NCBI GenBank assembly: GCA_965219955.1
Contig: OZ244799.1
Span: forward strand, 3,872,001 to 3,936,000
Direction: 5' to 3'
Origin: a bacterium
GTDB lineage: Bacteria > UBA8248
DNA length: 64,000 nt
Part shown: positions 37,917 through 47,927 of the stretch, one piece after another
How positions within the stretch are numbered: position 1 is the first letter of the stretch
How the letters are laid out: every line of letters starts with the position of its first letter
Position numbers and translations under genes: made by a program
Notes under the pieces: model-generated
Database searches by the model: none
Seen by the model: the letters and a program-made list of their open reading frames with translations, nothing else
Told to the model about the DNA's origin: nothing

Positions 37917-40229
37917 CTACAGCGGCCCGAAATCGGGCGGGGGGATTCGGCGCTTCGAGGCCGCCTCATATGTCGAGGCGATCCGCAGCAGGGCGTCCTC
38001 CCGGCCGGGTTCGGCGCGGAAGACGAGCGAAAACGGCAGGCCGGGCTCGGGGATGGTGGTGGCCTGATCGTTATGCGCGGAGACGAACCGCGTCCCGTCC
38101 TCGCTGAGCTCGAATACCGGGTCGTAGGTCGTCCGCACGTAGCCCGCCGGCACGAGCATCTCCGTCAGCCCCGCGTTCGGGCCGCTTTGGGATTCGGGCC
38201 GTGAGTTCAGCAGGAGGCCGGGCTGGACCGCCCCGCCGATGATGGCCGGCGGGAACGGCGTGTGCAGCCTGACCAGGGCGTCGAGGTCGTTCTCGAGGAT
38301 CACCATCATGTCCACGCGGCGCAGGAGCTCGCGCAGCATGATGCGCTCGTTCACCCCCTGCCGATGGCCGTGGGGGTTGCGCGGGTCCGCGACTTCCTCC
38401 CAGTTCCTGAAGGCGGCGCGGTGGTCGTCGCCCCAGAACTTCGAGCGCGCGTTCAGCTCGGGAAAGCCGGTGATGGTCTCTGTGAAGCCGCGCGCCTCCC
38501 AGTCCTCCGCCCGGCGCGAGAGGTACTGGTGGATGTGGTAGCGGAACGTCATGGCGAGTTCCTGCTGCTGCACGGTGGCGAGGTCGAGGTTCACGGGCTG
38601 CTCGATTCGGCCCTCGCCCATGGCGAGCATGTAGTCGATGGGCTGCATGTCGCCCGAACCGAAGACGACGCCCGGCGCGAACTCGGTGGGCACGATGGCT
38701 TCTGCGAACTCGGTGAAGAGCGGCTCGCCCTCGGGCGTGAGCCTGAACATGATGTCCGGCATGAAGACGGGGATGAGCCTGGCGAGCGCGCGGCGGAAAT
38801 CCGTCTTCATGGTCTCGACTTCGGGGTCGCCCGCCCAGAGCGGGTCGGTGGATTCGAGGAGCTTGGCACCCAGCTTCCGGCCCAGGACTTCCTTTATCTC
38901 CCGGCCTGCCGCGTTGACGATAGGCTCTTCCGACTTGGAACCCCTCGGGTACACCATCGACTCGCGGATGACGCCGATTCGCACGCCCTCCAGCGCGCCC
39001 GCCTCCCCGCTCGTTCTCACGTGCGAAGCGTAGGGCGTATCCAGGACGGAGGAGCGCGGCACCGTCGTGAACGGGTCGCGCGGGTCGTAGTAGCCGTTCA
39101 CCGGGTCTTTCAAGGCGTCGAGCACCCTGGCGCAATCGGCGAGTGATTTCGTGATGACGCCGCTCCTGTCGCAGTAGATGTCCGCCCCGATGGCCCCGCC
39201 GTCGAAGCCGAGCATCGCCTTGTGCGGCAGGATGAGCGCGACGGCGTTGTGGTTCGACGGCCCCCGGCAGGAGGCCCGCGTCTCCTCGCCCAGGCTCGCC
39301 ATCACCATGTTCGTGCTCACCGAGAGGGCGGAGCCCGAACTCGAACCCAGAGAGGCCGCCCGCGTGGTGTCGTAGGGGTTCGAGGGGTTCCCGCCCCAGG
39401 TGCTGCGCTGGTAGCCCAGGACGGAGGGCAACACCTTCTCGGGCGCGTGCCGCCCGCCCGGGTCCCCTGCGCGTCCGTTGTATTCGGTGCTCACGGCCTT
39501 GGCGAAGATGACGGCGCCCTTGTTCCTGAGCTGCTCGACGAGGATGTGGTCGCGCGCGGGGAAGTCGATGTCATAGGCCGCGTCGCCCCCGCCGGTGGAG
39601 CGCATGTCCTTCGTGTCGAAGGGGTCCTTGAAGGAGAAGGTGACGCCGTACATCGGCATTTTCTCGAGGTCGGGGTCGGCGCCGTATTCGGCGTCCAGTT
39701 CCGCCGCGCGCTCGAGCGCGTCGGGGTAGTGGCGGAAGACCTCGCACATGGGCGGCGCGCCCGGGGGCAGGGGGCCTTCCGAGGGATGCCGGTCGTAATC
39801 GCCCTTGCACGTCACGGAGCGCTCGCCGCGGATGTTCAGGGTGGCGAGGGCGTTCACCTGGCCCGCGTTCGGGACCCCGACGATCATGCCGTATTGCTGC
39901 TCGACGTCCGGGTCGGAGGCCGTATCCTCCATGCGGCCGAACTCGAGCGGCGGGCCTGCGTATTTGTCCAGATCGGGCAGGTAGTCGGCCGCCTTCACGG
40001 TTTCGGTCGGGAACTCGATCGGTGAGCCGCCGCGCACCACGCCCCTGGCTTCGGGAACGGGCGCGCCGTCTTCGGTGACGAGCATGCTGGCGACGCCGTT
40101 GTACGCGCGGATGCGCGCGAGGTAGCGCTCGACGACTTCTACGCACGTCGTGCGGCCGGCGCGAATCGCCGCGTGCATATCCCCGATGGACGCTTCTTCG
40201 AGGTGAAACGCCCCGCTCTTATCCTCCAT
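37917..40229 (-). CDS. Large amidase-signature family enzyme
   Basis: Motifs FSFKDPFDT (Lys), GSSSGSA, EETRASCRGPS, and C-terminal LL.IA..YE...RR.PP. Confidence 0.88.
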   Translation of the reverse strand: MEDKSGAFHLEEASIGDMHAAIRAGRTTCVEVVERYLARIRAYNGVASMLVTEDGAPVPEARGVVRGGSPIEFPTETVKAADYLPDLDKYAGPPLEFGRMEDTASDPDVEQQYGMIVGVPNAGQVNALATLNIRGERSVTCKGDYDRHPSEGPLPPGAPPMCEVFRHYPDALERAAELDAEYGADPDLEKMPMYGVTFSFKDPFDTKDMRSTGGGDAAYDIDFPARDHILVEQLRNKGAVIFAKAVSTEYNGRAGDPGGRHAPEKVLPSVLGYQRSTWGGNPSNPYDTTRAASLGSSSGSALSVSTNMVMASLGEETRASCRGPSNHNAVALILPHKAMLGFDGGAIGADIYCDRSGVITKSLADCARVLDALKDPVNGYYDPRDPFTTVPRSSVLDTPYASHVRTSGEAGALEGVRIGVIRESMVYPRGSKSEEPIVNAAGREIKEVLGRKLGAKLLESTDPLWAGDPEVETMKTDFRRALARLIPVFMPDIMFRLTPEGEPLFTEFAEAIVPTEFAPGVVFGSGDMQPIDYMLAMGEGRIEQPVNLDLATVQQQELAMTFRYHIHQYLSRRAEDWEARGFTETITGFPELNARSKFWGDDHRAAFRNWEEVADPRNPHGHRQGVNERIMLRELLRRVDMMVILENDLDALVRLHTPFPPAIIGGAVQPGLLLNSRPESQSGPNAGLTEMLVPAGYVRTTYDPVFELSEDGTRFVSAHNDQATTIPEPGLPFSLVFRAEPGREDALLRIASTYEAASKRRIPPPDFGPL

Positions 40230-40270
40230 GACGCATCCTTTCGTGTTGTGCCGCGTTCCCGCCCCCTGCC

Positions 40271-40517
40271 GGGGCCGTTAAAAAAATCCCGAGGAGAGGG
40301 TTCGCGGTTATTGTAGTGGACAATCCCTCCTCGGGATTATCCACGCATATATGCGGGCCCTTTCGGCCCTTTTCGCGGCCCTTTTCGCGGCCCTTTTCGC
40401 GGCCCTTTTCGCGGGATATCGGTGCGGGTCGCATATATTTCGGACATCCATGTCCGACCTGCATACCTTCACATCCGTCGAACCGAACCGCAACGCCGGG
40501 CGTTTTTCAACAACCCC
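40271..40517. mobile_element. Degenerate family B element with REP-like hairpins and a 12-bp tandem repeat
   Basis: Ends GGGGCCGTTAAAAAAAT and CGTTTTTCAACAACCCC, with a GTAG hairpin at 40313-40344. No clear target duplication. Confidence 0.5.
40353..40414. repeat. Tandem repeat (GCGGCCCTTTTC)n, about 4-5 copies
   Basis: Directly visible; three exact units plus degenerate flanking units. Confidence 0.85.
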
Positions 40518-41106
40518 CCGTCGGCGGAGGGAGCGGTTTCCGGTGTCAGGCGATGCGGGAATACTATGGGCGAGGCGCGGTTTTGGCAACGGCGGGAGGG
40601 GACGAAGCACAGGAACGGGAGCTTTCCGCGCCCCGCCGTTTCGCCCGGGCGGGATCGTCCGCTTGCGTCGTCCGGGCCGGGGAGCCGGCGGCGCGATTCC
40701 CCCGGTGCCATGAGCGAAGTGGATTCCATTCAGCGGCCGGGAGCCATGAGGCAACGGCCCGGTTCACGCGCGCGCATTTGCCCGCAATTGCCGCTCGAAA
40801 ACTTATGCGTGTTCTCCTATTGTCCCCGGGCGGATTCCGGCGCGAATCCGTCTCCCCCGGTTCCGCTTCGCCGACCGGGCCGGAAGTCGACGGAGCGATT
40901 CGGAGGGCGCATTCGCCGCTCCAAAACCTGCGCGCGCTCCCTCATCTTCACGGAGCGGATTCCGGCGCGAATCCAGCTCACCCCCCCGGTTCCGAATTCC
41001 CGAAAAATTCGATAAAATCAGATAAATTCACGATGTTTTTCGATAAATACGTGAAAATTCATGAATGTATAAATGACTGAATTATAAACGGATAAGGGGT
41101 TTCGGG

Positions 41107-42756
41107 TTGAAAAAAGAGGCGAAAGCGGACCTCGACGTCCTCATCGTCGGCGCGGGCGTCGCCGGGCTTTTCATGCTCTACCGGCTGCGCTCGCGCGGTT
41201 TCAAGGCGCGCGTCTACGAGGCGGGCGGCGACGTGGGCGGCACCTGGTACTGGAACCGCTACCCGGGCGCGCGGTGCGACACGGAGAGCGTTCAGTATTC
41301 CTACCAGTTCTCCGAAGAACTCCAGCAGGAATGGGAGTGGAGCGAGCGCTACGCGAGCCAGCCGGAGATTCTGCGCTATGTCAACCACGTGGCCGAACGC
41401 TTTGATTTAAGACGCGATGTCGTTTTCAACACGCGAATCGTCTCCGCCGTCTTCGATGAGGAGGCGAGCCGCTGGGTCGTCGAGACAGACGGCGGCGAGC
41501 GGATTTCGGCGACGTTCTGCGTGATGGCCACGGGGTGTCTCTCTTCGCCCAACTTCCCCGCTTTCGAGGGCCTGGACGATTTCGACGGCCCCGTTTTCCA
41601 CACGGGCCTCTGGCCGCATGAGAAGGTGGATTTCCCGGGGAAACGGGTGGGCGTCATCGGTACGGGGTCGTCCGCCATGCAGTCGATTCCCATCATCGCG
41701 CGCGAAGCGGACGATGTGTTCGTATTTCAAAGAACGGCGCACTTCGCCGTGCCCGCGCACAACGGCCCCATCAACGAGGAGCGGGTGCGCGAGGTGAAGG
41801 CGAATTACCCGCAAATCAGGGCGAGGGCCAAGCGATCGGCCACGGGTTTCGATCAGACCTTTGGCGAGAAGGAGGCCTTGAAGGTCAGCGAAGAAGAACG
41901 CGAGCGCGAATTCGAGAAACGCTGGGCGCACGGGGGGCTGCCCTTTCTCTCCGCCTTCACGGATCTGCGCTACAGCGAAGAGGCGAACCGGATGGCGGGC
42001 GAATTCGTGCGGAACAAGATTCGGGAAATCGTCAAGGATCCCGAAACAGCGGAACTGCTTTGCCCCACAACCGTCATCGGCTGCAAGCGCCTGTGCGTGA
42101 TTACGGAGTATTTCGAGGCCTATAATCGCCCGAACGTCCACCTGGTCGACGTGAGCGAATCGCCCATCGAGAAGATAACGCCGGAAGGGGTGGTGACAGG
42201 GGGGCGTGTGTATGACATCGACATGCTCATCCTGGCGACGGGGTTCGACGCCATGACGGGGACCCTGCTCAGAATCGACATCCGTGGGCGCGGCGGGCGG
42301 ACCCTGCAGGATAAATGGAAGGAGGGCCCCCGCACCTATCTCGGCCTCATGACGGCGGGCTTCCCGAACATGTTCACCATCACGGGCCCCGGCAGCCCCT
42401 CGGTTTTGACGAACATGCAGACTTCCATCGACCATCACGTCGAGTGGATAGGCGCGTGTCTCGTGTATCTGCGCGAGAACGGGATGAAATCCATCGAGGC
42501 TTCCGTGGAGGCGGAAGACGCCTGGGTGGCGCACAACAACGAGGAGACCGCCAAGACGATTCGCTACAAGTGCACCTCCTGGTATCTGGGCGCGAACATA
42601 CCGGGCAAGCCGCGCGTGTTCATGCCCTACATCGCCGGGTTCGACGTCTATTCGAAAAAATGCGCGAAAATCGTGGCGGCGGGATACGAGGGGTTTCGTT
42701 TGATTCCGCGCGAAACCGACCCTGTGGATACTCTGGTCGGGCATTCCGGGCAATGA
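41107..42756 (+). CDS. Type I Baeyer-Villiger monooxygenase (CHMO/PAMO-like)
   Basis: Motifs GAGVAG, GGTWYWNRYPGARCD, fingerprint FDGPVFHTGLWP, GTGSS and ATGFD. Confidence 0.95.
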   Translation: MKKEAKADLDVLIVGAGVAGLFMLYRLRSRGFKARVYEAGGDVGGTWYWNRYPGARCDTESVQYSYQFSEELQQEWEWSERYASQPEILRYVNHVAERFDLRRDVVFNTRIVSAVFDEEASRWVVETDGGERISATFCVMATGCLSSPNFPAFEGLDDFDGPVFHTGLWPHEKVDFPGKRVGVIGTGSSAMQSIPIIAREADDVFVFQRTAHFAVPAHNGPINEERVREVKANYPQIRARAKRSATGFDQTFGEKEALKVSEEEREREFEKRWAHGGLPFLSAFTDLRYSEEANRMAGEFVRNKIREIVKDPETAELLCPTTVIGCKRLCVITEYFEAYNRPNVHLVDVSESPIEKITPEGVVTGGRVYDIDMLILATGFDAMTGTLLRIDIRGRGGRTLQDKWKEGPRTYLGLMTAGFPNMFTITGPGSPSVLTNMQTSIDHHVEWIGACLVYLRENGMKSIEASVEAEDAWVAHNNEETAKTIRYKCTSWYLGANIPGKPRVFMPYIAGFDVYSKKCAKIVAAGYEGFRLIPRETDPVDTLVGHSGQ

Positions 42757-42845
42757 CACCTTGAACGACTTACATTCTTGATGGATATGGAATAGAATAA
42801 GCAAATAACCGATATATACATTGCGCTTATGAATAGGACCTCTGC

Positions 42846-43940
42846 ATGGCGGAAGTGGTCGTAAAGGATTTGGTGAAACGCTTCGGTACGGAAACCCTGG
42901 CAGTGGATAACGTCAGTTTCACCGTGGGCGAAGGTGAGTTCGTTACTCTGCTGGGTCCCAGTGGTTGCGGGAAGACGACGACGCTTCGCTGCATCGCAGG
43001 GCTCGAGACCCCCGATGAGGGGGATATCCTCATCGCGGACGAAGTATTCACTTCGAGCCGCAACGGTGTTTGCCTGCCCCCGGAGAAGCGCCGGCTCGGC
43101 ATGGTGTTTCAGTCTTACGCCATATGGCCTCACATGTCGGTTTCAGAGAACGTCGCTTACGGCATTCAGGCCCAGGGGGCGAGTCGCGCGGAGGTCAGCG
43201 ACAAAGTCGCCAAGGCGCTCGAACTCGTCGGTCTGAGCGGTCTGGGCGAGAGAAACGCCACCAAACTCTCCGGCGGCCAGCAGCAGCGGGTCTCTCTCGC
43301 CCGCGCATTGGCCTACAACCCCCGCGTCCTTCTTTTCGATGAGCCGCTCAGCAACCTCGACGCGAAGCTGCGCGAACGCATGCGGGTCGAGTTGGCGAAC
43401 CTGATCAAGGAACTCAAATTGACGGCTATTTACGTCACCCACGATCAGGCCGAGGCCATGGTCATGAGCGACCGGATTATCGTCATGAAGGACGGAAGGA
43501 TACAGCAGGAAGGAGATCCGCACGCTACCTACAACGAGCCGTCCAACAGTTTCGTCGCCGATTTCATCGGCGTGACGAACATTCTCGAAGGCACAGCCGT
43601 CGAGAGAGAGAACGGCAAAGGCCTTTGGGTCGACGTGCCCTCTCTTCAGTCGAAAATCCTTTGCTCGAAAGGAATCGAACGTGATATCGCAGCCGGGTCA
43701 GATCTACTGGTCACCGTGCGGCCCGAATACATCGAGCTTGGAGAAGACGGGTCAAACGACAATAACGTCTTGAGAGGCCAGGTGAGCGATGCCGTTTACC
43801 TGGGGCAATCCTGGGATTGCCTGGTTCTATCGGGCAGCCTGGAATTGAGGGTGCATATTCGTGGTGATGCGGAAATTCGGGTTGGTCAGCCCGTGACCAT
43901 GAGCATATCTCCTTCAAGATGCGTGGTGTTGAGCGATTGA
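42846..43940 (+). CDS. ABC ATPase (PotA/FbpC-like, TOBE domain)
   Basis: Motifs GPSGCGKT, LSGGQQQR, DEPLSNLD and VTHDQ. Confidence 0.94.
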   Translation: MAEVVVKDLVKRFGTETLAVDNVSFTVGEGEFVTLLGPSGCGKTTTLRCIAGLETPDEGDILIADEVFTSSRNGVCLPPEKRRLGMVFQSYAIWPHMSVSENVAYGIQAQGASRAEVSDKVAKALELVGLSGLGERNATKLSGGQQQRVSLARALAYNPRVLLFDEPLSNLDAKLRERMRVELANLIKELKLTAIYVTHDQAEAMVMSDRIIVMKDGRIQQEGDPHATYNEPSNSFVADFIGVTNILEGTAVERENGKGLWVDVPSLQSKILCSKGIERDIAAGSDLLVTVRPEYIELGEDGSNDNNVLRGQVSDAVYLGQSWDCLVLSGSLELRVHIRGDAEIRVGQPVTMSISPSRCVVLSD

Positions 43941-44007
43941 GGGGAGGGGTAGACAAAACTTCTCCTTCAGAAACCGGTCATTTTCTAATAACTTGGGAGA
44001 GAGGTTG

Positions 44008-45153
44008 ATGAAGACGAGATGGAGTTACGCGTTGTTTACGGCGGCGGTATTGCTGGCGGGAATGTTTGCGCTGTACGGGACCGCCCGCGCTGCGGAAGCG
44101 CCTATTTTGAAAGAACTCAAGGGTGCGGAAAAAGCCCGCGTCGCGAAGTTGATTGAAGGCGCCAGAAAAGAAGGCAATTTCTCATGGGCCACGAACCTCG
44201 CTCCCGTGAAAGCGGCCAAGGCGATGGAGAAAGCCTTCAAGAAGCTCTATGGACTGCCGAAAGTGAAATTCCGTTTCGCCAACAGGCGCTCCGGTACGCT
44301 CATCAAGCGTTTCGAGCAGGAGATCAAGGCGGACAAGCTCTCCGTCGACGTGGTCGTGCTCGCCGCGGCCTCCTGGCTGCATTCGATGAAACGGCGCGGG
44401 CATTTAATGAAATACGTCTCGCCGGAAGACAAGCATTACGATTTGGCTGAAAAAGCGAACATGAACGGCGGCGGCTACTGGGTGTCCGATGGGCAAATCA
44501 ACACCATGGCGGTCAACCGCGATTTGGCGGGCAACGTCAAACTGACGAGTTGGTATGATTTGCTGAAGCCCGAGTTCAAGGGCAAGGTGCTGGTCGGCGA
44601 TGCGAGGCCCTCCGAAACGTACACGCTTTGGTACAAGGGCCTTCGCGAACGGCTGCCGAAGAGCTACTTCCAGAAATTGAGCGCTGCGGGCGCGGGCGTG
44701 ATGGCGAGAGGCTCGGCGCAGAGGCGCTCCCTCATGGCGGGTGAATACTGGCTCGGCACGACGATCATGGCCAGGCACAACTGGATTGCCAAAAAAGCCG
44801 GCGTCAACATGGACCCCATCTACCCCAAAGAGGGCGTGGTGGCGCTTCCCATCGGCTCGGTGATCATGGCGAAGGCGAAAAACCCCAACATGGCGAAGCT
44901 GTTCGTCGATTACTGGCGGAGCGTGAGAGGGCATCACATGCTCCTCAATTACAACCCTCTCAATTCCGGCAGGCCGCTTCCGCCGCACAAAGACGAGAAG
45001 ATCAACAAGCTCATCCTGGCGAAAGACGGCATTGCGCCGCCCATCGACAAGATCAACGTCATCCCGACCGACTGGAGCAAAGTCACGCCCGCGGACGTGA
45101 AAAAATGGAAGGCGGAATTCATCGAAGTGTTCGGTTCGGGGACGAAGAAATAA
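44008..45153 (+). CDS. ABC substrate-binding protein (AfuA/FbpA-like class)
   Basis: Signal peptide, motifs A.KEG, SW.DLLKPEFKGK and A.NPN.AKLF.D. Confidence 0.85.
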   Translation: MKTRWSYALFTAAVLLAGMFALYGTARAAEAPILKELKGAEKARVAKLIEGARKEGNFSWATNLAPVKAAKAMEKAFKKLYGLPKVKFRFANRRSGTLIKRFEQEIKADKLSVDVVVLAAASWLHSMKRRGHLMKYVSPEDKHYDLAEKANMNGGGYWVSDGQINTMAVNRDLAGNVKLTSWYDLLKPEFKGKVLVGDARPSETYTLWYKGLRERLPKSYFQKLSAAGAGVMARGSAQRRSLMAGEYWLGTTIMARHNWIAKKAGVNMDPIYPKEGVVALPIGSVIMAKAKNPNMAKLFVDYWRSVRGHHMLLNYNPLNSGRPLPPHKDEKINKLILAKDGIAPPIDKINVIPTDWSKVTPADVKKWKAEFIEVFGSGTKK

Positions 45154-45181
45154 CAATGTCTGATACCCGGGGAATCGGAAA

Positions 45182-46942
45182 TTGAGCAGCGCATCGAAAT
45201 CGGAGTTGGAGGCCGGCGGTGGCGGGGCGAAACCCGCCGCTGCGGCCTCCTCCCTTGCGGGGCGGTTCTTCAATTCTGAAAATTCGCTGAAAATCGGTTC
45301 GCTGGGACTGCTCACGATTCTGGCCATCCTGCCCGTATCGGTGTTCATATACAGCGCGTTCGTGACCCACCCCGAAGCCGGGAAATCCATATTCACGTTC
45401 ACGAACTTCACGAAGACGTTTTCCACCTCCGAGGTGTTGGACGCTTCGCTGAACACCCTGATCATTGCGCTGGGAACGTCTGTTTTCTCTTGTCTGACGG
45501 GCGTTTCGCTCGCCTGGTTCCATGCACGCACCGACATGCCTTTCCGGAGGACTCTGGAGGCGCTGACCCTGATACCCTTCTTCCTGTCTTCCTTCCTGGG
45601 GGCAGTTGCCTGGTGGGCGCTGGCCGCCCCGAGGACGGGTATCCTGAACCGCTGGATGATCGACCTCTTCGGGTTGTCGGCCCCGCCGTTCAACATCTAT
45701 TCGATGGGCGGGATCGTCATGGTGATGGCGCTGTTTTATACGCCCTACATGTATCTGTTTACGATAGGCTCCCTGAATCGGATGGACCCGGCCCTCGAGG
45801 AATCCGCGCGGGTTTGCGGAACCGGCGTCTTGCGCACGGCCCTGAGGGTGACGATTCCACTTTCCACGCCCGCCATGCTCTCCGGCGCGGTCATCGTTTT
45901 CGTGGTGAGCATGGGTGTTTTCGGCGTGCCCAGTCTTTTGGGCCCGATTGCGAGAATTTCGACGCTCTCGACGATCATTTATACGAAAATGGAAGAATAT
46001 CCGCTGGACATAGGCGGGGCGGCCGCGCTGGGAAGCGTCCTGATGGTGTTCACCGCGGTGGGACTCTTCATCCAGAGAAAGATTATCGCGCCGAGAAGCT
46101 ACGTGACCGTGACGGGCAAGGGCTACCGCCCCAGCCGCGTTTCTTTGGGGCCCTGGAAATACGTCGCGCTCGCCATCAATTGTTTTTACGTTCTGCTGGC
46201 GGTCATCCTCCCGCTGGGCGCGCTCCTGCTGGCGTCGTTCAACCGCGCCTGGCTGGGCGGATTCCGCTGGAGCCAGCTTTCCATCTACAACTGGGCGTAT
46301 GTCCTCTTCGAATACGAATACGCCGTACGCGCCACCAAGAACAGTCTCATCCTGGGGCTTGTGGGCGGATTCATCACGGTGGTCCTGTGCACGTTCCTCT
46401 CCATGGTGATTCTCAGGGGCAGGAACAAGAAGCTCAGCGGCGCTGTCGATTACCTGAGCACCCTGCCCATCGGCGTGCCGGGCCTCATCATGGGTATGGC
46501 TTTTCTCATCACATGGATCAAGACGCCGCTCTATGCGTTGCCCATGCTCTTGCTTATGATGGCGTATATGACGCGCTACCTGCCCTATGGCCTGAGGACC
46601 ATATCTTCGGTGCTTCAGTCGCTCAGTTCCGAGCTCGAAGAAAGCGCCAGGATCTGCGGCTCCTCGTTCGTCTCGACGATAAAGAAGATCACCGTTCCGC
46701 TCCTGAGGCCGGGCATATTCGCGGCTTATCTCATGCTGTTCATCATGTTCATCAGGGAGTTGCCGGTGTCCGTTCTCCTGGCGACGGAGGACAGCGCCCC
46801 CATGGCGGTGGCCCTGTACATCCTGCAGGAAAACGAAGCTTTGGGCGTCGTGGCGGCATTCGCTCTCGTTCAGACCGCGCTTCTCCTGCTGGGAACGATT
46901 GTCTTCAGAAAACTCGGAAGCCTGGAAGAACTCTCGGTCTAG
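45182..46942 (+). CDS. ABC permease with two fused domains (FbpB-like)
   Basis: Two EAA loops (LEESARVCG and LEESARICG), plus RTDMP and VTGKG. Confidence 0.92.
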   Translation: MSSASKSELEAGGGGAKPAAAASSLAGRFFNSENSLKIGSLGLLTILAILPVSVFIYSAFVTHPEAGKSIFTFTNFTKTFSTSEVLDASLNTLIIALGTSVFSCLTGVSLAWFHARTDMPFRRTLEALTLIPFFLSSFLGAVAWWALAAPRTGILNRWMIDLFGLSAPPFNIYSMGGIVMVMALFYTPYMYLFTIGSLNRMDPALEESARVCGTGVLRTALRVTIPLSTPAMLSGAVIVFVVSMGVFGVPSLLGPIARISTLSTIIYTKMEEYPLDIGGAAALGSVLMVFTAVGLFIQRKIIAPRSYVTVTGKGYRPSRVSLGPWKYVALAINCFYVLLAVILPLGALLLASFNRAWLGGFRWSQLSIYNWAYVLFEYEYAVRATKNSLILGLVGGFITVVLCTFLSMVILRGRNKKLSGAVDYLSTLPIGVPGLIMGMAFLITWIKTPLYALPMLLLMMAYMTRYLPYGLRTISSVLQSLSSELEESARICGSSFVSTIKKITVPLLRPGIFAAYLMLFIMFIRELPVSVLLATEDSAPMAVALYILQENEALGVVAAFALVQTALLLLGTIVFRKLGSLEELSV

Positions 46943-47024
46943 CGAAGAGAACGAGACCCGGAAACAGGAAGGCGCCTGGAGCGCATGAGTTTCGGAATCC
47001 GGCGCCCGCAGGGAGGGAGACCGA

Positions 47025-47927
47025 ATGAAACTCAAAGGCATCATGGGAGCGCCCACGACGGCGTTCAAGCCCGACGGCGGCGTCGATTACGATACCTTCG
47101 CGAAGCAGATCGATTTCCTGATCAAGCAGGGATTTCCCTTCATCGCCCATCCCATGCACATCGGCGAGTCCCTGAATCTAAGCGATCATGAGCGAAAGGA
47201 ACTGGCGCGTATTCTGGTGGACACGGCCGCCGGCCGCGTACCCGCCTTCGTGAACGTAACCGCTTCGGGGCCGGATAACTCCATCGATTTGGCGAGGCAT
47301 TCCGAAGCTGTAGGCGCAACCGGAATCATCGTGCTCTCGCCTTATCATTGGGCGCCCGGGGACGAAGCCCATCTGGATTATTTCCTGACGATGGGGGGGT
47401 GTGTGGATGTCGCTATGATCGCATACAACAACCCAAGGCTCCAGGTGACCATCTCCCACGACATGCTGGAAGAAATGCTCGAAAAACTCCCGAACCTCCA
47501 TGCCCTGAAAGACGCGAGCTTCGACATGAACTATTTCACGGGCGCTTGCCGCATCGCATCCGCCGCCCGTGAGGATTTTTCCGTGTTCACCGGAATCGAG
47601 TGGCTCCTCACGTCGATTCCCGTCGGCGGCTCGGGGTCGTTCTCCAATTGCGGGGAGGTCGCCCCCCGGCTGGTTCTGTCTCTATACGATGCCTGCGTCT
47701 CGGGAGATTATGACAAAGCGCGCGTCCTGCAATACAAGATGGGCATACTCCTGCACTTGCTGCAGACGAACTACCCGGCGACGGTGAAATACGCGATGGA
47801 GCTCATGGGCCGTCCCGTCGGCGAGACGCGAAAACCCATTCTGCCCCCGGACGATGACGCCAGGGCCCACACGCGCAAGACGCTGGAGTCGCTCGGCATT
47901 TTCGAGAGCGAACCGTCAGGCTGGTAG
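47025..47927 (+). CDS. DapA/NAL-family aldolase (not a canonical DHDPS)
   Basis: Motifs AYNNP and LKDAS (Schiff-base Lys); GTTGE is replaced by MHIGE. Confidence 0.88.
   Translation: MKLKGIMGAPTTAFKPDGGVDYDTFAKQIDFLIKQGFPFIAHPMHIGESLNLSDHERKELARILVDTAAGRVPAFVNVTASGPDNSIDLARHSEAVGATGIIVLSPYHWAPGDEAHLDYFLTMGGCVDVAMIAYNNPRLQVTISHDMLEEMLEKLPNLHALKDASFDMNYFTGACRIASAAREDFSVFTGIEWLLTSIPVGGSGSFSNCGEVAPRLVLSLYDACVSGDYDKARVLQYKMGILLHLLQTNYPATVKYAMELMGRPVGETRKPILPPDDDARAHTRKTLESLGIFESEPSGW

Noticed and set aside
40353-40414. Possible CRISPR array
   Set aside because: Contiguous 12-bp units with no spacers and no cas genes.
40316-41080. ORFs in the amidase-BVMO intergenic region
   Set aside because: Low-complexity Arg/Pro/Ala translations spanning repeats, with no motif or RBS support.
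45119-47068. Long antisense and alternate-frame ORFs (also 13066-14538, 23306-24886, 29903-31294 and 41407-42804)
   Set aside because: Shadow ORFs expected in high-GC DNA opposite well-supported genes.
47025-47927. Assigning dapA (likewise metE, panE, ilvB or ilvE to other genes)
   Set aside because: Only family-level similarity; motif changes and catabolic context argue against housekeeping orthology.
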